DNA of 64,000 nucleotides from an uncultured Nitrososphaerota archaeon (GTDB lineage Archaea; Thermoproteota; Nitrososphaeria; Nitrososphaerales; Gagatemarchaeaceae), in contig CAVRAG010000008.1 of NCBI GenBank assembly GCA_963718895.1, positions 1,408,001 to 1,472,000 of the forward strand. The letters run 5' to 3'. The notes below the pieces were generated by a model that made no database searches, was not told the origin of the DNA, and saw only the letters and a program-made list of their open reading frames with translations. The position numbers were made by a program, and so were the translations under genes. Below are positions 1 to 9,997 of this stretch, one piece after another (position 1 is the stretch's first letter; each line of letters starts with the position of its first letter).

Positions 1-1
1 G

Positions 2-349
2 AAACAGAGAGACATCCTGAGCGTTCTCACTCTCGACACACCGCGTGAACTGCTGCTTCATATGCTGGCGGAGCCCGGCTCTAGCCAAGATGCGCTCGTA
101 CTGACGGCCGGAGTCTCCCAGCCCACGGTCTCCTGGCACCTGAAGAGGCTCATCCAACTGGGAATCGTGCAGAAGGAGCAGGTCGGCCGAACCTCGGTAT
201 ACCGCGTCGCCGACGGCAGCGCCAAAGACATAGCTCTCTTCATGATGAACTACCATCCGACGGTCTGGGAGAGATGGTCCAGCAGGATGGCGGACATCTT
301 TATCACCTATTCCGATGCGGAACAGGGAGGAGAGAAGCCGAGAAAATGA
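2..349 (+). CDS. winged-HTH transcriptional regulator, 5' truncated by window edge
   Basis: Frame open from base 2; HTH-like segment SQDAL...VSQPTVSWHLKRLIQLGIV followed by wing GRTSVY. Confidence 0.75.
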   Translation, partial: KQRDILSVLTLDTPRELLLHMLAEPGSSQDALVLTAGVSQPTVSWHLKRLIQLGIVQKEQVGRTSVYRVADGSAKDIALFMMNYHPTVWERWSSRMADIFITYSDAEQGGEKPRK

Positions 350-669
350 TCTGGCACGCACCACTCCTGCTCATCTCTCCTCTCGTCAACTTCGACCAAG
401 GGTTCGAGACCGAGGAATTCCTAAACGCGGCGGTGGGCCTGTTCGCGCTTCTGCTCCTCGCGCTGTCGATCTCTGCGTACCGGAAGACCCGCCTGAGGAG
501 ACTGCTGATCGTCTCCGTCGCATTTGGTCTGTTCGCCGTGGACGTCGCGATAAGGCAGCTGGACGTCTTCGTCTTCGCTGTCGGCCTGCAAACAGACCAG
601 ATCATCACGACGGTGATGGAGTTCTTCACACTTCTGCTCTTCTTCCTCGCCGTCGTCGTGAAGCGCTGA
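346..669 (+). CDS. small 3-TM membrane protein, translationally coupled to the regulator
   Basis: ATGA overlap at 346-349; three hydrophobic segments; AYRKTRLRRLL loop. Confidence 0.7.
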   Translation: MIWHAPLLLISPLVNFDQGFETEEFLNAAVGLFALLLLALSISAYRKTRLRRLLIVSVAFGLFAVDVAIRQLDVFVFAVGLQTDQIITTVMEFFTLLLFFLAVVVKR

Positions 670-708
670 AGATCTAGGGCCGACTATAGAGAATTGCACC
701 ACAACTCA

Positions 709-715
709 TTATAAA
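709..715 (+). promoter_or_regulatory. archaeal TATA box
   Basis: TTATAAA about 30 nt upstream of ATG 746. Confidence 0.5.
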
Positions 716-745
716 TCCGGAGTCGAGACCGAAAGCTGATTAGCA

Positions 746-1036
746 ATGAGGCTCACCCCTCCAGTCAGACTCAACAACAAGCTCTCGAGGCTCTCGATCC
801 TCGCGCTCGTCGGGCTGGTCGCCTTCGCCGCGGTCGTCCTCTTCGTCAACCCGTTTGGCACCCGACCGGGCGTCAGTGCGGCCGTCCAAGGTGGCGCCTC
901 ATCTCCATCCGGTTCCGCCGGACAGGTGGGTGCCGGGTCGCCCGGCTCCCTCCTCACGACCACTCCCGGCAGCGGGTCAGGGTCGGGAGGGACGCACCAC
1001 CATGATGATGACGGGAATTTCACCGGCGACTCCTAG
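746..1036 (+). CDS. membrane-anchored Gly/Ser-rich protein with His/Asp tail
   Basis: N-terminal hydrophobic helix, low-complexity linker, ends HHHDDDGNFTGDS. Confidence 0.65.
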   Translation: MRLTPPVRLNNKLSRLSILALVGLVAFAAVVLFVNPFGTRPGVSAAVQGGASSPSGSAGQVGAGSPGSLLTTTPGSGSGSGGTHHHDDDGNFTGDS

Positions 1037-1082
1037 CCGGTGAGGCGAAGCCGGTGCTCTGATTGAATGGATCGCTTATCGT

Positions 1083-1583
1083 GTGAAGGGGAGCTGCTTG
1101 GTGCTCATACTCCTCGGAGACGTGTTTGGGTACGCCGCCCTCGCCCTAGTCATCTTCAGCGCTGCGTTCATGCTCGTCAGGAGGCGGATCCTCAAGTACA
1201 CGAAGAACCTGACCCTGCTCAGGAAGATCCACATCTACGCCGCGACCTTGGCCGGCCTCTTCATAGTCCTGCACGTCGCCTACTTCGTCAGCTACCCGGT
1301 CAGCAGCGCGGTCCTCCTGGGTTACGGCTCGGCCGCGATGGCGGTCTTCGTGTGGGTCACAGGGACGGCTTTCCTCGAGAGGCTCAGAGACTCGCTCTTC
1401 TACCATGGCGCAATGTCCCTCTCGACCATTGGACTGATGGTGGTCCACTCGGCCGGGGCGGGTGTTAACATCCCGGTCGCGGTGGCAGAAGTCACGCTAT
1501 TCGCGGTCGCGTGCCTCGGCCTCGTCAAGGCCTGGGAGCACCTCTCTGCTGTCATGCCACCGAGGGGGGCTAAGTCTCGTTGA
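1083..1583 (+). CDS. putative di-heme b membrane protein (ferric reductase-like TM / cytochrome b-like)
   Basis: About 5 TM helices; two Hx13H pairs (HIYAATLAGLFIVLH, HGAMSLSTIGLMVVH); overlaps Rieske gene; exact start uncertain. Confidence 0.65.
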   Translation: MKGSCLVLILLGDVFGYAALALVIFSAAFMLVRRRILKYTKNLTLLRKIHIYAATLAGLFIVLHVAYFVSYPVSSAVLLGYGSAAMAVFVWVTGTAFLERLRDSLFYHGAMSLSTIGLMVVHSAGAGVNIPVAVAEVTLFAVACLGLVKAWEHLSAVMPPRGAKSR

Positions 1584-2083
1584 ACCGAAGGGAATTCATA
1601 AAGAGGTTCGTCGTCTCGGGGTTTCTGCTGGGGACCACGGTCGCCGCGGCATACGAGATGCTTCTGAGGTCCGCTGCGGGGCAAGAACAGTCCGTCTCTC
1701 TCATACAGCAGTCCTCGACTCAGGTCGGGGGTGGGTCCGTGAGCACGAGCCAGGTTCAGACCCCCGCCGGATACGTCTTCGTGACCGCGATGGGGAACCT
1801 GGCCGGAAAGACCTCCGCGTACTTCCAGCATCCAACTTCCGGTCTCTCGCTGCTCATCAGCTTGGGCGGCCAGTGGAAGGCCTTCAGCGCGACCTGCACT
1901 CACCAGCCCTGCACGGTCCAGTATGGTACCGGATCTTCGATCAGATGTCCGTGCCACGGCGCGACTTTCAGCACCAGCAACGGAAGCGTGCTCGGAGGAC
2001 CCGCGCCCAGGCCGCTGCCTGAGTACGGCGTCCAGACAGACAGCAGCGGGAACCTCTTCGTGAGCACGTCGGCGATCAACTGA
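1580..2083 (+). CDS. Tat-exported Rieske [2Fe-2S] protein
   Basis: NRREF twin-arginine signal; CTHQPC and CPCHGATF motifs; GPAPRPL. Confidence 0.92.
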   Translation: MNRREFIKRFVVSGFLLGTTVAAAYEMLLRSAAGQEQSVSLIQQSSTQVGGGSVSTSQVQTPAGYVFVTAMGNLAGKTSAYFQHPTSGLSLLISLGGQWKAFSATCTHQPCTVQYGTGSSIRCPCHGATFSTSNGSVLGGPAPRPLPEYGVQTDSSGNLFVSTSAIN

Positions 2084-2100
2084 GACCGCCTCGCTTGGCG

Positions 2101-2123
2101 GTGTTCGCCGCGTCTCTGCTGGG
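2101..2123 (+). repeat. degenerate copy of the 23-bp dispersed motif
   Basis: gtgttcgccgcgtctctgctggg, 16/23 to consensus, intergenic. Confidence 0.5.
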
Positions 2124-2163
2124 AGACTGAAGCAATCGGCTAAGAACCCCGCCCGAGCCCATA

Positions 2164-2976
2164 ATGGATAAAAACGGAGGGGGAATTCGAGGCTTCCAGG
2201 TATTCAGCTTGCCATTCTGTCAGTCGTGTGGGGTGCAGGTGGAGAACGATGCCACCTTCTGCGGGGAGTGCGGGCGAGCCCTGAAATCGCCGGTGGGATT
2301 GACGCCACCCTCTAGCGTCCCGGTCCAGCAGCCTGCTCCTCAGCACTCCCAGCCCAGGAACCCCGGGCCGCCCTGGAGCACCGCCCTCGTACTGCAGAGT
2401 GGGGAGAGCGTGGCCTCCTACTGGGAAGCTGACCGCGAGATCGCTCAGGTGGGCGTGGTAAACGGTCGGAGTCAGATGGTCAAGGTGAGAGTCAAGGGTT
2501 ATCTGGTCCTGACCAGCCAGAGAATCATCTTCGTGAAGCAGCGCGGCGTCTTCGGCAAATCCTATCACATCGACACCTCAATCCCCCTGGAGGACCTGAG
2601 AGGGCTCTCCATGGGTGGGCTGATGATGAAGTATGTCTCGCTGGCCGATGCAGGTGACGAGAAGGTCTTCCACGTCCGCGGGGTAGGCGAACCCCAGTTT
2701 CCGGACTTCAGGGCCATGGTCCAGACACAGGTGGGCAACCGGCAGAAAGCGATGGACGCCGAGAGGAGGAGGGAGCACGTCCACATCATGCTGGACTTCA
2801 GCTTCCTGCGAGACTACATGAGCAAGGGTGGCCTCTCGCTCCAGGTCGTGAAGTGCCCCCAGTGCGGAGCGCCCATGACCCTTCCGCAGGAGGGAAACCG
2901 GGTGAAGTGCGACCACTGCGGCAGCACGGTGTTCGCCGAGGACATCATGGACAGGGTGAAGGAGCTGATCGGGTAG
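2164..2976 (+). CDS. zinc-ribbon / PH-like domain protein
   Basis: N-terminal CQSC..CGEC; GYLVLTSQRIIF PH-like strand; C-terminal CPQC..CDHC. Confidence 0.75.
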   Translation: MDKNGGGIRGFQVFSLPFCQSCGVQVENDATFCGECGRALKSPVGLTPPSSVPVQQPAPQHSQPRNPGPPWSTALVLQSGESVASYWEADREIAQVGVVNGRSQMVKVRVKGYLVLTSQRIIFVKQRGVFGKSYHIDTSIPLEDLRGLSMGGLMMKYVSLADAGDEKVFHVRGVGEPQFPDFRAMVQTQVGNRQKAMDAERRREHVHIMLDFSFLRDYMSKGGLSLQVVKCPQCGAPMTLPQEGNRVKCDHCGSTVFAEDIMDRVKELIG

Positions 2977-3013
2977 CAGATGCCCTGTAGCGAGAGGGGC
3001 CGATGGTAGGGTC

Positions 3014-3220
3014 TTGTCAACCAAGATTGAGGTCGGGGAGGAGACCCGCGCCGGGCTAAACCGCTACGCCTCCGCCATGAAGCAGAGGCTCGGTAGGAGG
3101 GTCACCTTCGACGAGGTGATAAGAGAGCTCCTGGAGAAGGAGGCTCAGAGACGGCCTGATTCTCCGATGCCAGAACGGCCGAGAGGGTGGCGCAGGGGCA
3201 AGGGCCTCCATCGAAGCTGA
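3014..3220 (+). CDS. small RHH / VapB-like DNA-binding protein with no adjacent toxin
   Basis: TKIEVGEETRAGL...VTFDEVIRELL pattern typical of archaeal antitoxin-like proteins. Confidence 0.55.
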   Translation: MSTKIEVGEETRAGLNRYASAMKQRLGRRVTFDEVIRELLEKEAQRRPDSPMPERPRGWRRGKGLHRS

Positions 3221-3268
3221 GTTCAGGCTCGGTCCGTGAAACGACTCGACCGTAGGCATTATCGAATA

Positions 3269-4614
3269 TCAGCGCGGTGCCACTGCTGTCAACTGAGGCT
3301 CCGGCACACGGGACAAGACGGGACGGAACTTCGCCCGAAGTCTTTCGGGCTTTTCGTAACTGATATTGACGACGGCGCCCCCACCCAGTTCCATCTTCAG
3401 CAACCGGACGAACTCGGCTGCGCCGGCGTGGCTCTCAGGGTCGTCGACGAATACTCTGAGAGTGAAGAGGTCCAGGGTCTCCTGCAGGAGCTGGACGCGT
3501 GGTAGGGCCTCGATGCCGTGCATCATCGTCATGATCTGTTTCGGAGAGATGGTTTCTCCGTTCCCGAGCCTGACTCAATCCACTGTTCTTCCCTCAACCG
3601 AGCGCAAGAGCGGAAGTGTTCTTCCACAGGAGCAGATCTCGTCCGATAGAACTCCGAGGTCGCCGAGCCTGTAGCGAATGATGGGCATCGCACCGTTCAG
3701 CAGTCCGGTCACCACTATCTCGCCCTGCTCGCCCGGTGAGGCGGGTTGTCCGTCCTTCAGCACCTCCACGATCAGCGAATCGGCGTTCACGTGCAATCCG
3801 CTCGCCGCAGTGCATTCGGCAGCGATCAGACCGACCTCGTTCGCCCCGTAGCAGCTGTAGACCCTGCATCCGAAGACCTTCTCGAAGTAGCGTCTGCTCG
3901 GCTCGTCCAACGGTTCGCCCCCGAGCGAGATGGCCCTGGGGTGGATTCCCGTCACGCCTCGTGCGACGACGGCGTCGGCCAGCATCCTGATGTAGGTGGG
4001 ACTTCCCCAGAGGAGATCGGGCCTGTGGCCGACAATCTGAGGCAGCACCTCTTCGATGCTGTACCCCATGTAGAGAATCTTGTTGAAGTAGTCTGAGATC
4101 CGGCCGGCGACCGGAGAGAAGAGGCCGAGCACGGTTCTCCGCCTTGGTCTGGGCTCGGCGTCCGGAGGGTCCGGGTCGTTGCCCGGGAGGGCGAAGAGTA
4201 TCACGGCGGTCCGGGTCATCGCCCCGAGGGCCTGCAGGCGCCTGACCCTGTACAGCCCGAGTGAATAGAAGTAGTCGGCGAACTCCTTGCTGTAGAAGAC
4301 GGGTAGCGGACCGCCCGTCGTGCCCGAGGTCGGCATCTTCAGGCATTTCTTTGGGTCCTCTGTCAGCCGGTCGTGCAGCGGCCCCTGCAGCAGGTCTTCC
4401 TTGGCGCAGACCGGGATCTTCGGAAGTCGCTCAGTCGGGTCACGTCGCCGGGCCCAAGGCCGGCTCCGTCAAGCCACTCGTGCCAGAACCGGGCATTGTC
4501 GTAGGCGTGGCGGACGATTGCTCTGAGCCTCCTCTCTTGAAGTTTCTCCATCTCTGCATGCGGCATGTGCTCGGCGAAGGGAGACCCTCGCTGCGCGAGA
4601 ATCCGGAGGAGCAA
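3269..4614 (-). pseudogene. phenylacetate-CoA ligase (PaaK/CapK-like) family gene, disrupted
   Basis: TSGTTG, YGANE, IRYRLGD and EGR motifs; 1-nt frameshift near 4423 and in-frame TGA at 3575-3577 with the frame continuing to 3269. Confidence 0.8.
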
Positions 4615-4683
4615 TCGGCCCTACTGTCGGCCCGAGTTATTTTAGCTCTTCTGGAGCCCGGTCCTGCCCGGACCGGGGCAGGC

Positions 4684-5490
4684 CTACCTCTGTGGCACCG
4701 CCGTTTCGAGGAACGGGACCACAATCGACGCCACAGCGGGGGAGTCGAAGATGTTGTAGTGCGTGACGCCGGGCAGGATCGCGAGCCGCGCGCTTGACAT
4801 CCCTGACCCGTCCCAGCCGGCATCCTTTCTGCCACCGCCAAGGAGCTCGAAGAACTCCACGGAGTGCGCCGTGCGGACGCTGTCGGCATCTCCGACGATC
4901 AACATGGTGGGCACCTTCAACGCAGCCACCTCCTTGGACCAGTTGTAGTCCTGACGAAGCAGGACCCCCAGCTTGGTGAAGAGGACAGGCCAGTCCTGCA
5001 CCCTCGGCGCGATCCGAGAGTAGAGCTCGTACATCGGGGTCCCCTTCATCCCCTCGGCCGACTCGGCGCTGCTCTGCGCCATCGCCGCCAGGACCTCGGG
5101 ATACCATCCGTCACGCCTGAAGGCGGTGGACACGAGGACGAGCTTCCTCACCACCTCAGGATGCTGGATGGCGGTCCGCAGAGCGACGCCGCCCCCGAGG
5201 GAATAGCCCATGACGTCCGCGTTCTCGAACCGGAGATGGCGTATCAAGGCGGCGATATCGTCTGCCATCAGCTCGAAGCCGAGCGGGCGGTCTATGTCTG
5301 CGGTGCGTCCGTGGCCTTGCAGGTCCGCAGCCACGACCTGGCGCGTCTCCGAGAGAAGCGGTATGAGCTGGCCGAACATCTCGGTCGCTCCGGCACCGCC
5401 GTGAAGCAGAATGAGCGGCTCCCCCGAGCCGTGAATCTCGTAGTACATCTCCAGGCCGTTCACAGGGAAGTAGCCTCTGGTCGGAGCCAT
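4684..5490 (-). CDS. alpha/beta hydrolase
   Basis: LLHGG oxyanion motif; GYSLGG nucleophile elbow; C-terminal His (GVTHY). Confidence 0.9.
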   Translation of the reverse strand: MAPTRGYFPVNGLEMYYEIHGSGEPLILLHGGAGATEMFGQLIPLLSETRQVVAADLQGHGRTADIDRPLGFELMADDIAALIRHLRFENADVMGYSLGGGVALRTAIQHPEVVRKLVLVSTAFRRDGWYPEVLAAMAQSSAESAEGMKGTPMYELYSRIAPRVQDWPVLFTKLGVLLRQDYNWSKEVAALKVPTMLIVGDADSVRTAHSVEFFELLGGGRKDAGWDGSGMSSARLAILPGVTHYNIFDSPAVASIVVPFLETAVPQR

Positions 5491-5586
5491 GTGGGCTTCC
5501 GGGCACGTCCGAATCAATAAAGATTTGGTTTCGGATGTAGATCGATCTTGCCCCGTGATTCGTCTGGCATGCTGCTCGATGGTTCA

Positions 5587-5609
5587 GGATTCATCGCACC
5601 TCATCCGAT
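5587..5609 (+). repeat. degenerate copy of the 23-bp dispersed motif
   Basis: ggattcatcgcacctcatccgat, 16/23, intergenic. Confidence 0.5.
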
Positions 5610-5618
5610 GCCCGTAAG

Positions 5619-6206
5619 CTAGCCGGGAGCTTGGCCCTCGGCAAAGTTGAAACCTGCGGACTCGAGGACGTCCTCGTGGGACCTCGCAATCTCTGACCTC
5701 CTCGTATGGCTGATGTCCACAAAGGCGAGCTCCTTCCAGGCGAAAGCCTTCGGGAGCTCCTCGGCCGAGAGCTCACCCCTGAAGATGAATTCTAGGTCCC
5801 AGTGGCTCGGCAGGTCAGGGAACCTCCTCGGGGTGTAGGTCTCGGACACGACGATGGGCTCCGCCAGCGGCACACCTTCAAGCTCAAGCTGCTCCCTCAG
5901 TATGCGCCTCGCCGCTTCTTGCGGCGGTTCCTTGAGTAGCAGATGAGAGGACGGGATCATCCACCCCCTGGAGTGCACTTCGACTCTCTCTGGGTCGAGC
6001 GCGCCCATGTGATCCCACATCGCCTCGGGGTTTAGGTGGCCGAGGAGGACCTTGTTCCGATTCCCAGTTTCTGTGAGCACCACGAATGCCGAAAGGCACA
6101 TGCCGCCCTCCGGAATCTCCCGCACTGTGAGCGGGCTCGCGTCGGGTTTGCCGGAGACGGTTGAATTCCCTGCGTTGAAGCGGGCGAACCTTCTGTCTGT
6201 GGTCAT
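5619..6206 (-). CDS. NUDIX-fold protein with degenerate Nudix box
   Basis: WMIPSSHLLLKEPPQEAARRILREQL; HWDLEF; the long upstream ORF extension overlaps the next gene and is not used. Confidence 0.75.
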   Translation of the reverse strand: MTTDRRFARFNAGNSTVSGKPDASPLTVREIPEGGMCLSAFVVLTETGNRNKVLLGHLNPEAMWDHMGALDPERVEVHSRGWMIPSSHLLLKEPPQEAARRILREQLELEGVPLAEPIVVSETYTPRRFPDLPSHWDLEFIFRGELSAEELPKAFAWKELAFVDISHTRRSEIARSHEDVLESAGFNFAEGQAPG

Positions 6207-6484
6207 ATGCTGCGAGGAGCACGCGCTTGGATTAATCTGCTTCGAAGGCCTGACGCGCGGGACGGGTTGGGATGGTCGGTCCGGGAGCCGTGAACGAGCA
6301 GGATTGGGTCCGTTGTCACCGCTCAGCTCGTAAAACAGCCCGACTCCGTTAGCCTCTGACCGGCAGGTCGAGCCGCCTCCCGACATCGAGTGGTTGGTCG
6401 TTGCGTCCCCGGAAAACGGTTCGGCGAGATTGTTTTCATCGCGTCTACATCTTCGCTCCTGTCGGACCGAGGTGCACGTCGATG

Positions 6485-7789
6485 CTACGCCGATTCTATG
6501 GCTCTCTTGCCGGCGAGTGCGTGCGGTTCCAGAGAGTCTGACAGTCTTTCGAGGGAGGCACCGACCGACGCGAGGTCGGACCCCGTCGGTGCCCGGGCAG
6601 CCAGCCCACGGCAGTGCTCGGCAAGTCCGGTCGCCCTCTCGTGCAGCAGTATCCAGGCCGCGTGCCTGTGGGGAAGAAGGTACTCCTTGCGGTACATCTC
6701 GAACGATGGTCCCGCGGTCTGACCGGGGTGATGCTCCCCCAGAGGCAAGGACGTCAGCAACTTCCCGAGAGGCCTCAGGACCTGAGACATCACCGTGACG
6801 GCTGAATCGCTTAGCGTTTGCAGCTCCGTCCCCGTGGTCTCCGTGTGGATGAAGAACCTGCACAGGAGTTGGAGCGCGAGCTCATAGCTCGCATTGAATA
6901 GATTGGATATGTCGACCGTGAAGGGGTCGGTTATCTTGGCCATCTTCCCCATGTCCACCTGCGACCTGACGCACGACGGGATCGCAGGACGGGCAGGTTC
7001 GAAGCTCGGGTCCTGCCGCTTGAACTCCAGGTACTCGTTCAGGACAACGTAGAACTTCCCAAAATGGGCTGTCTTCCAGTTTCCTCGTGCGCCCTCGCCT
7101 TCGGTGATGATCGTCTCGATCGCCCGCTTTGAAGATGCCAGGTCCGTGACAGGCACGAGCTCCGGCCATCCGAAGTACTCCCGGGTCGCCTGCGACCGGG
7201 CTGAGCCGATGAAGAGGTTGCGTTCGCCGAGCTTTTGGGCCATGCGGACGAAGCCGTCCTCCAGCCCTCGATAGAGGTGTCCCACCGTAGAAAAGTCCTG
7301 CGCCTCAGGGACGATTTCGTCGCCGGCCTTGTTCGGGACGGCCGCCGAGTGCAGGTCGAATCCGGGGGCATCATCCAGATCCAGATCGAGCTTTTCAGGT
7401 CGTTCAAGGAAGAGGAAGTGGCGGAGCGCTCTCTCTCCGAAGGGAAGGAGAGCGAGCTGGACGCCGGGAGCGAAGTACTTCGCTGGATGCGGAAAGTTAG
7501 GGCGTGCGAAATAGGGAGCCGCCCCTATCGATGTGAGGAGGTTGTTGACGAGGGCCAGGTGCAGCATCTCCTGAATCGCGACGCCTGATACGACTCGGTC
7601 CCAGCGCCTGACGGCCTCGGACTGGTGGGCGCTCAAGCCTTCGTCGGGACGGTCCTTCAGGGTGAAGGAGGCGAACAAGTATCCGCACATTATCATGTGC
7701 TCGAGCGCGGCAGCTTCCGAGAGCATGAATACGAGCTCCTCTCTGGTCTCAATGACTATGGGACCTTCCTTTGCAGCTTGGCTTGTCAC
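6485..7789 (-). CDS. ferritin-like domain protein (VioB-type ferritin-like family)
   Basis: LEHMIMCGYLFA, QEMLHLALVNNLL, IITEGEG, AHFGKF. Confidence 0.8.
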   Translation of the reverse strand: MTSQAAKEGPIVIETREELVFMLSEAAALEHMIMCGYLFASFTLKDRPDEGLSAHQSEAVRRWDRVVSGVAIQEMLHLALVNNLLTSIGAAPYFARPNFPHPAKYFAPGVQLALLPFGERALRHFLFLERPEKLDLDLDDAPGFDLHSAAVPNKAGDEIVPEAQDFSTVGHLYRGLEDGFVRMAQKLGERNLFIGSARSQATREYFGWPELVPVTDLASSKRAIETIITEGEGARGNWKTAHFGKFYVVLNEYLEFKRQDPSFEPARPAIPSCVRSQVDMGKMAKITDPFTVDISNLFNASYELALQLLCRFFIHTETTGTELQTLSDSAVTVMSQVLRPLGKLLTSLPLGEHHPGQTAGPSFEMYRKEYLLPHRHAAWILLHERATGLAEHCRGLAARAPTGSDLASVGASLERLSDSLEPHALAGKRAIESA

Positions 7790-7892
7790 GCGTTCGTGAC
7801 GATGCGTTGAGTGGATAAAAGTCTATCAGGCAAGTGGTATCCTCTGGGATGAATCTGTGCTCCATCTGTGTGAATTGGGGCTTCAGAGCCAA

Positions 7893-7899
7893 TATATAA
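7893..7899 (+). promoter_or_regulatory. archaeal TATA box
   Basis: TATATAA just upstream of ATG 7922. Confidence 0.5.
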
Positions 7900-7921
7900 C
7901 GCGCCCTCCAAAACACAACGA

Positions 7922-9016
7922 ATGATTCTAGGACGCCGCCGCTTCGCCCTATCGGTCGCCGCTCTAATCTCCTTTGGCATGCTTTCCGGTCTCGCGATTC
8001 CTTTCGCTGCCGCGACCACGTGTGCACCAGGCCACTTTTGCGGGACTCTCTACTACACTCAGATAGGTGCGGGAGTGAACACGCTCTCGTTTGATTACAA
8101 CTCTATCAGCCCCAGTGTCGCTTGGGGAACTCCGACGGTCGTCATTGGATCCCTCCCCGGAGGGGCAGACGGCCTCGCATTCGACTCGCATCTCGGAACC
8201 CCGGTTCCCGACCTGCTCGTGGGGCTCAACGGCGGCGGAGGTACCTCGATTAACGTCGTCGATCCCAACTCGGCCACGCTCGTGACGTCGGAGACCACCG
8301 ATGGCCAGGTCCCATCTCACGTGATGGTAGACCCGTCAGGGAACACTGGGTACACGACGGCCGACCCAGGCACTGTGGTGTCAATACCGCTCAACCCGCT
8401 CGGGCCTGGGACTTCCCATGCGCTCACCGGTGACGATGGCACCACTACCGGATCGGGCTTCGGCGTCGACACTATCGTCTGGAGCGACGCAACCCACGCG
8501 TTCTACACGTCGGACCACTCCGGCGACTTCGGCGGAGGCGGCGACGTTGGGACCATCAACCTCTCGACATTCGTAACGACCTGCTTCAAGGCTCCAAGCG
8601 GCGCATGTATGTACTACCCCGGCGCTCACGGGATGGCCTATGACCCCTTCACCGGCGACCTGTTCATCTTTGGTGCCACGCACATAACGCAGCTCGATAC
8701 GTCCGGCAACGTCATCTCGGACCTGACCGTCCCTGGTGCTCAGTTCGACCAGGGGACAGTTGACGGAAACGGGCACCTGCTCGTCGCCGACAACAACGGC
8801 CACATCCTCTTCGACGACTACTCCGTCACCAAATCGCTGACTGGCTCGTTCCACACGGAGCTCGCCGTATCGTCGCCCGACGACGTGGCACCGCTCATAG
8901 GTCCGGGATCTCCCGTCACCTCGGCCCCAGAGTTCCCGATCGGAATTCTGGCGCTGTTCGTGGTCGCGGTGCCCGCGATGCTTCTCCTGAGGGCCCGGCT
9001 CTCGACGAAGCCTTAG
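7922..9016 (+). CDS. secreted beta-propeller-like surface protein with PEF-CTERM sorting signal
   Basis: Signal peptide; DGLAFD / HGMAYDP / DQGTVD blades; APEFP + TM + basic tail. Confidence 0.8.
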   Translation: MILGRRRFALSVAALISFGMLSGLAIPFAAATTCAPGHFCGTLYYTQIGAGVNTLSFDYNSISPSVAWGTPTVVIGSLPGGADGLAFDSHLGTPVPDLLVGLNGGGGTSINVVDPNSATLVTSETTDGQVPSHVMVDPSGNTGYTTADPGTVVSIPLNPLGPGTSHALTGDDGTTTGSGFGVDTIVWSDATHAFYTSDHSGDFGGGGDVGTINLSTFVTTCFKAPSGACMYYPGAHGMAYDPFTGDLFIFGATHITQLDTSGNVISDLTVPGAQFDQGTVDGNGHLLVADNNGHILFDDYSVTKSLTGSFHTELAVSSPDDVAPLIGPGSPVTSAPEFPIGILALFVVAVPAMLLLRARLSTKP

Positions 9017-9154
9017 GCCCAGGGCCGAGGCAGCGGTCAGTCGACTCCTGCGCTCCACCTGCTTCGCCCCACCCGCCGGCCACGGGGAGGTACGAGGATT
9101 GGCGTCCGCACTTGACGAGAACATTTGAATAGGTTTTGATCCTGCTCCGCGCCA

Positions 9155-9976
9155 TTGCCCCTGGTCTACGCCTGCATAGCCCCTCACGGGGACGAGATGG
9201 TCCAGGAACTCGTTGGGGATAAGCCGGGCTTCGCCGTCGAGACAGCCAAAGGGATGATAAGGCTGACAGCCGAGATGAAGAGATCCAGGCCCGATACCAT
9301 TGTGATAGCGACGCCCCACAACCTGAGGCTGATGGGGAGGATAGGGGTTGTGACGGCCGAGAACTCTTCCGGCAGGGTGGGAGTAGGGGACAGGTCGATA
9401 GCCCTTGAAGCCAAGTGCGACACCGAGATGGCGATGGAACTTATCTCGGCTGGGCGGGAGGTACACATTCCAGTGGTCGGCGCTAACTATGGGACTGCGT
9501 CGGGGCCTCTCTCGAACCTGGCCATGGACTGGGGCACGCTGATTCCGCTCTGGTTCTTCCTCAGGCACAACCGGCTCAAGAGCAGGATTGTCATCGTGAC
9601 CCCGTCCCGCGAGATGCCACTGAAACAGAACTACGGCTTCGGCGTGAAGGTCGCGCAGGTGGCGGAGAGGTCGGAGAAGCGGGTCGCCTTCGTCGCCAGC
9701 TCCGATCAAGCCCATACCCACAACAAGAGGGGGCCCTACGGCCACTCCAAGGAGGCCGCGGTCTACGACAGGAAGGTCATCGAAGCAATCGAGGGTAACA
9801 GGCTCTCCGACATCATGAAGTTCAAGTCTTCCATGGTGAGCGAGGCTAGGGCCGATAGCCTGTGGCAGATGGTCGTGCTCGCGGGCGTCCTGGAGGAGGT
9901 CCCGATGACAGGAAGGGTCTACTCCTACGAGGTTGCCACTTACTTCGGGATGCTGTGTGCCGGTTACACTAGGTAG
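9155..9976 (+). CDS. LigB/MEMO-like class III extradiol dioxygenase family protein
   Basis: IAPHG, IATPHN, DWGTLIPL, VASSDQAH, SYEVATYFGM. Confidence 0.8.
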   Translation: MPLVYACIAPHGDEMVQELVGDKPGFAVETAKGMIRLTAEMKRSRPDTIVIATPHNLRLMGRIGVVTAENSSGRVGVGDRSIALEAKCDTEMAMELISAGREVHIPVVGANYGTASGPLSNLAMDWGTLIPLWFFLRHNRLKSRIVIVTPSREMPLKQNYGFGVKVAQVAERSEKRVAFVASSDQAHTHNKRGPYGHSKEAAVYDRKVIEAIEGNRLSDIMKFKSSMVSEARADSLWQMVVLAGVLEEVPMTGRVYSYEVATYFGMLCAGYTR

Positions 9977-9997
9977 GAGTGCGCTCGCAGGATTCGG

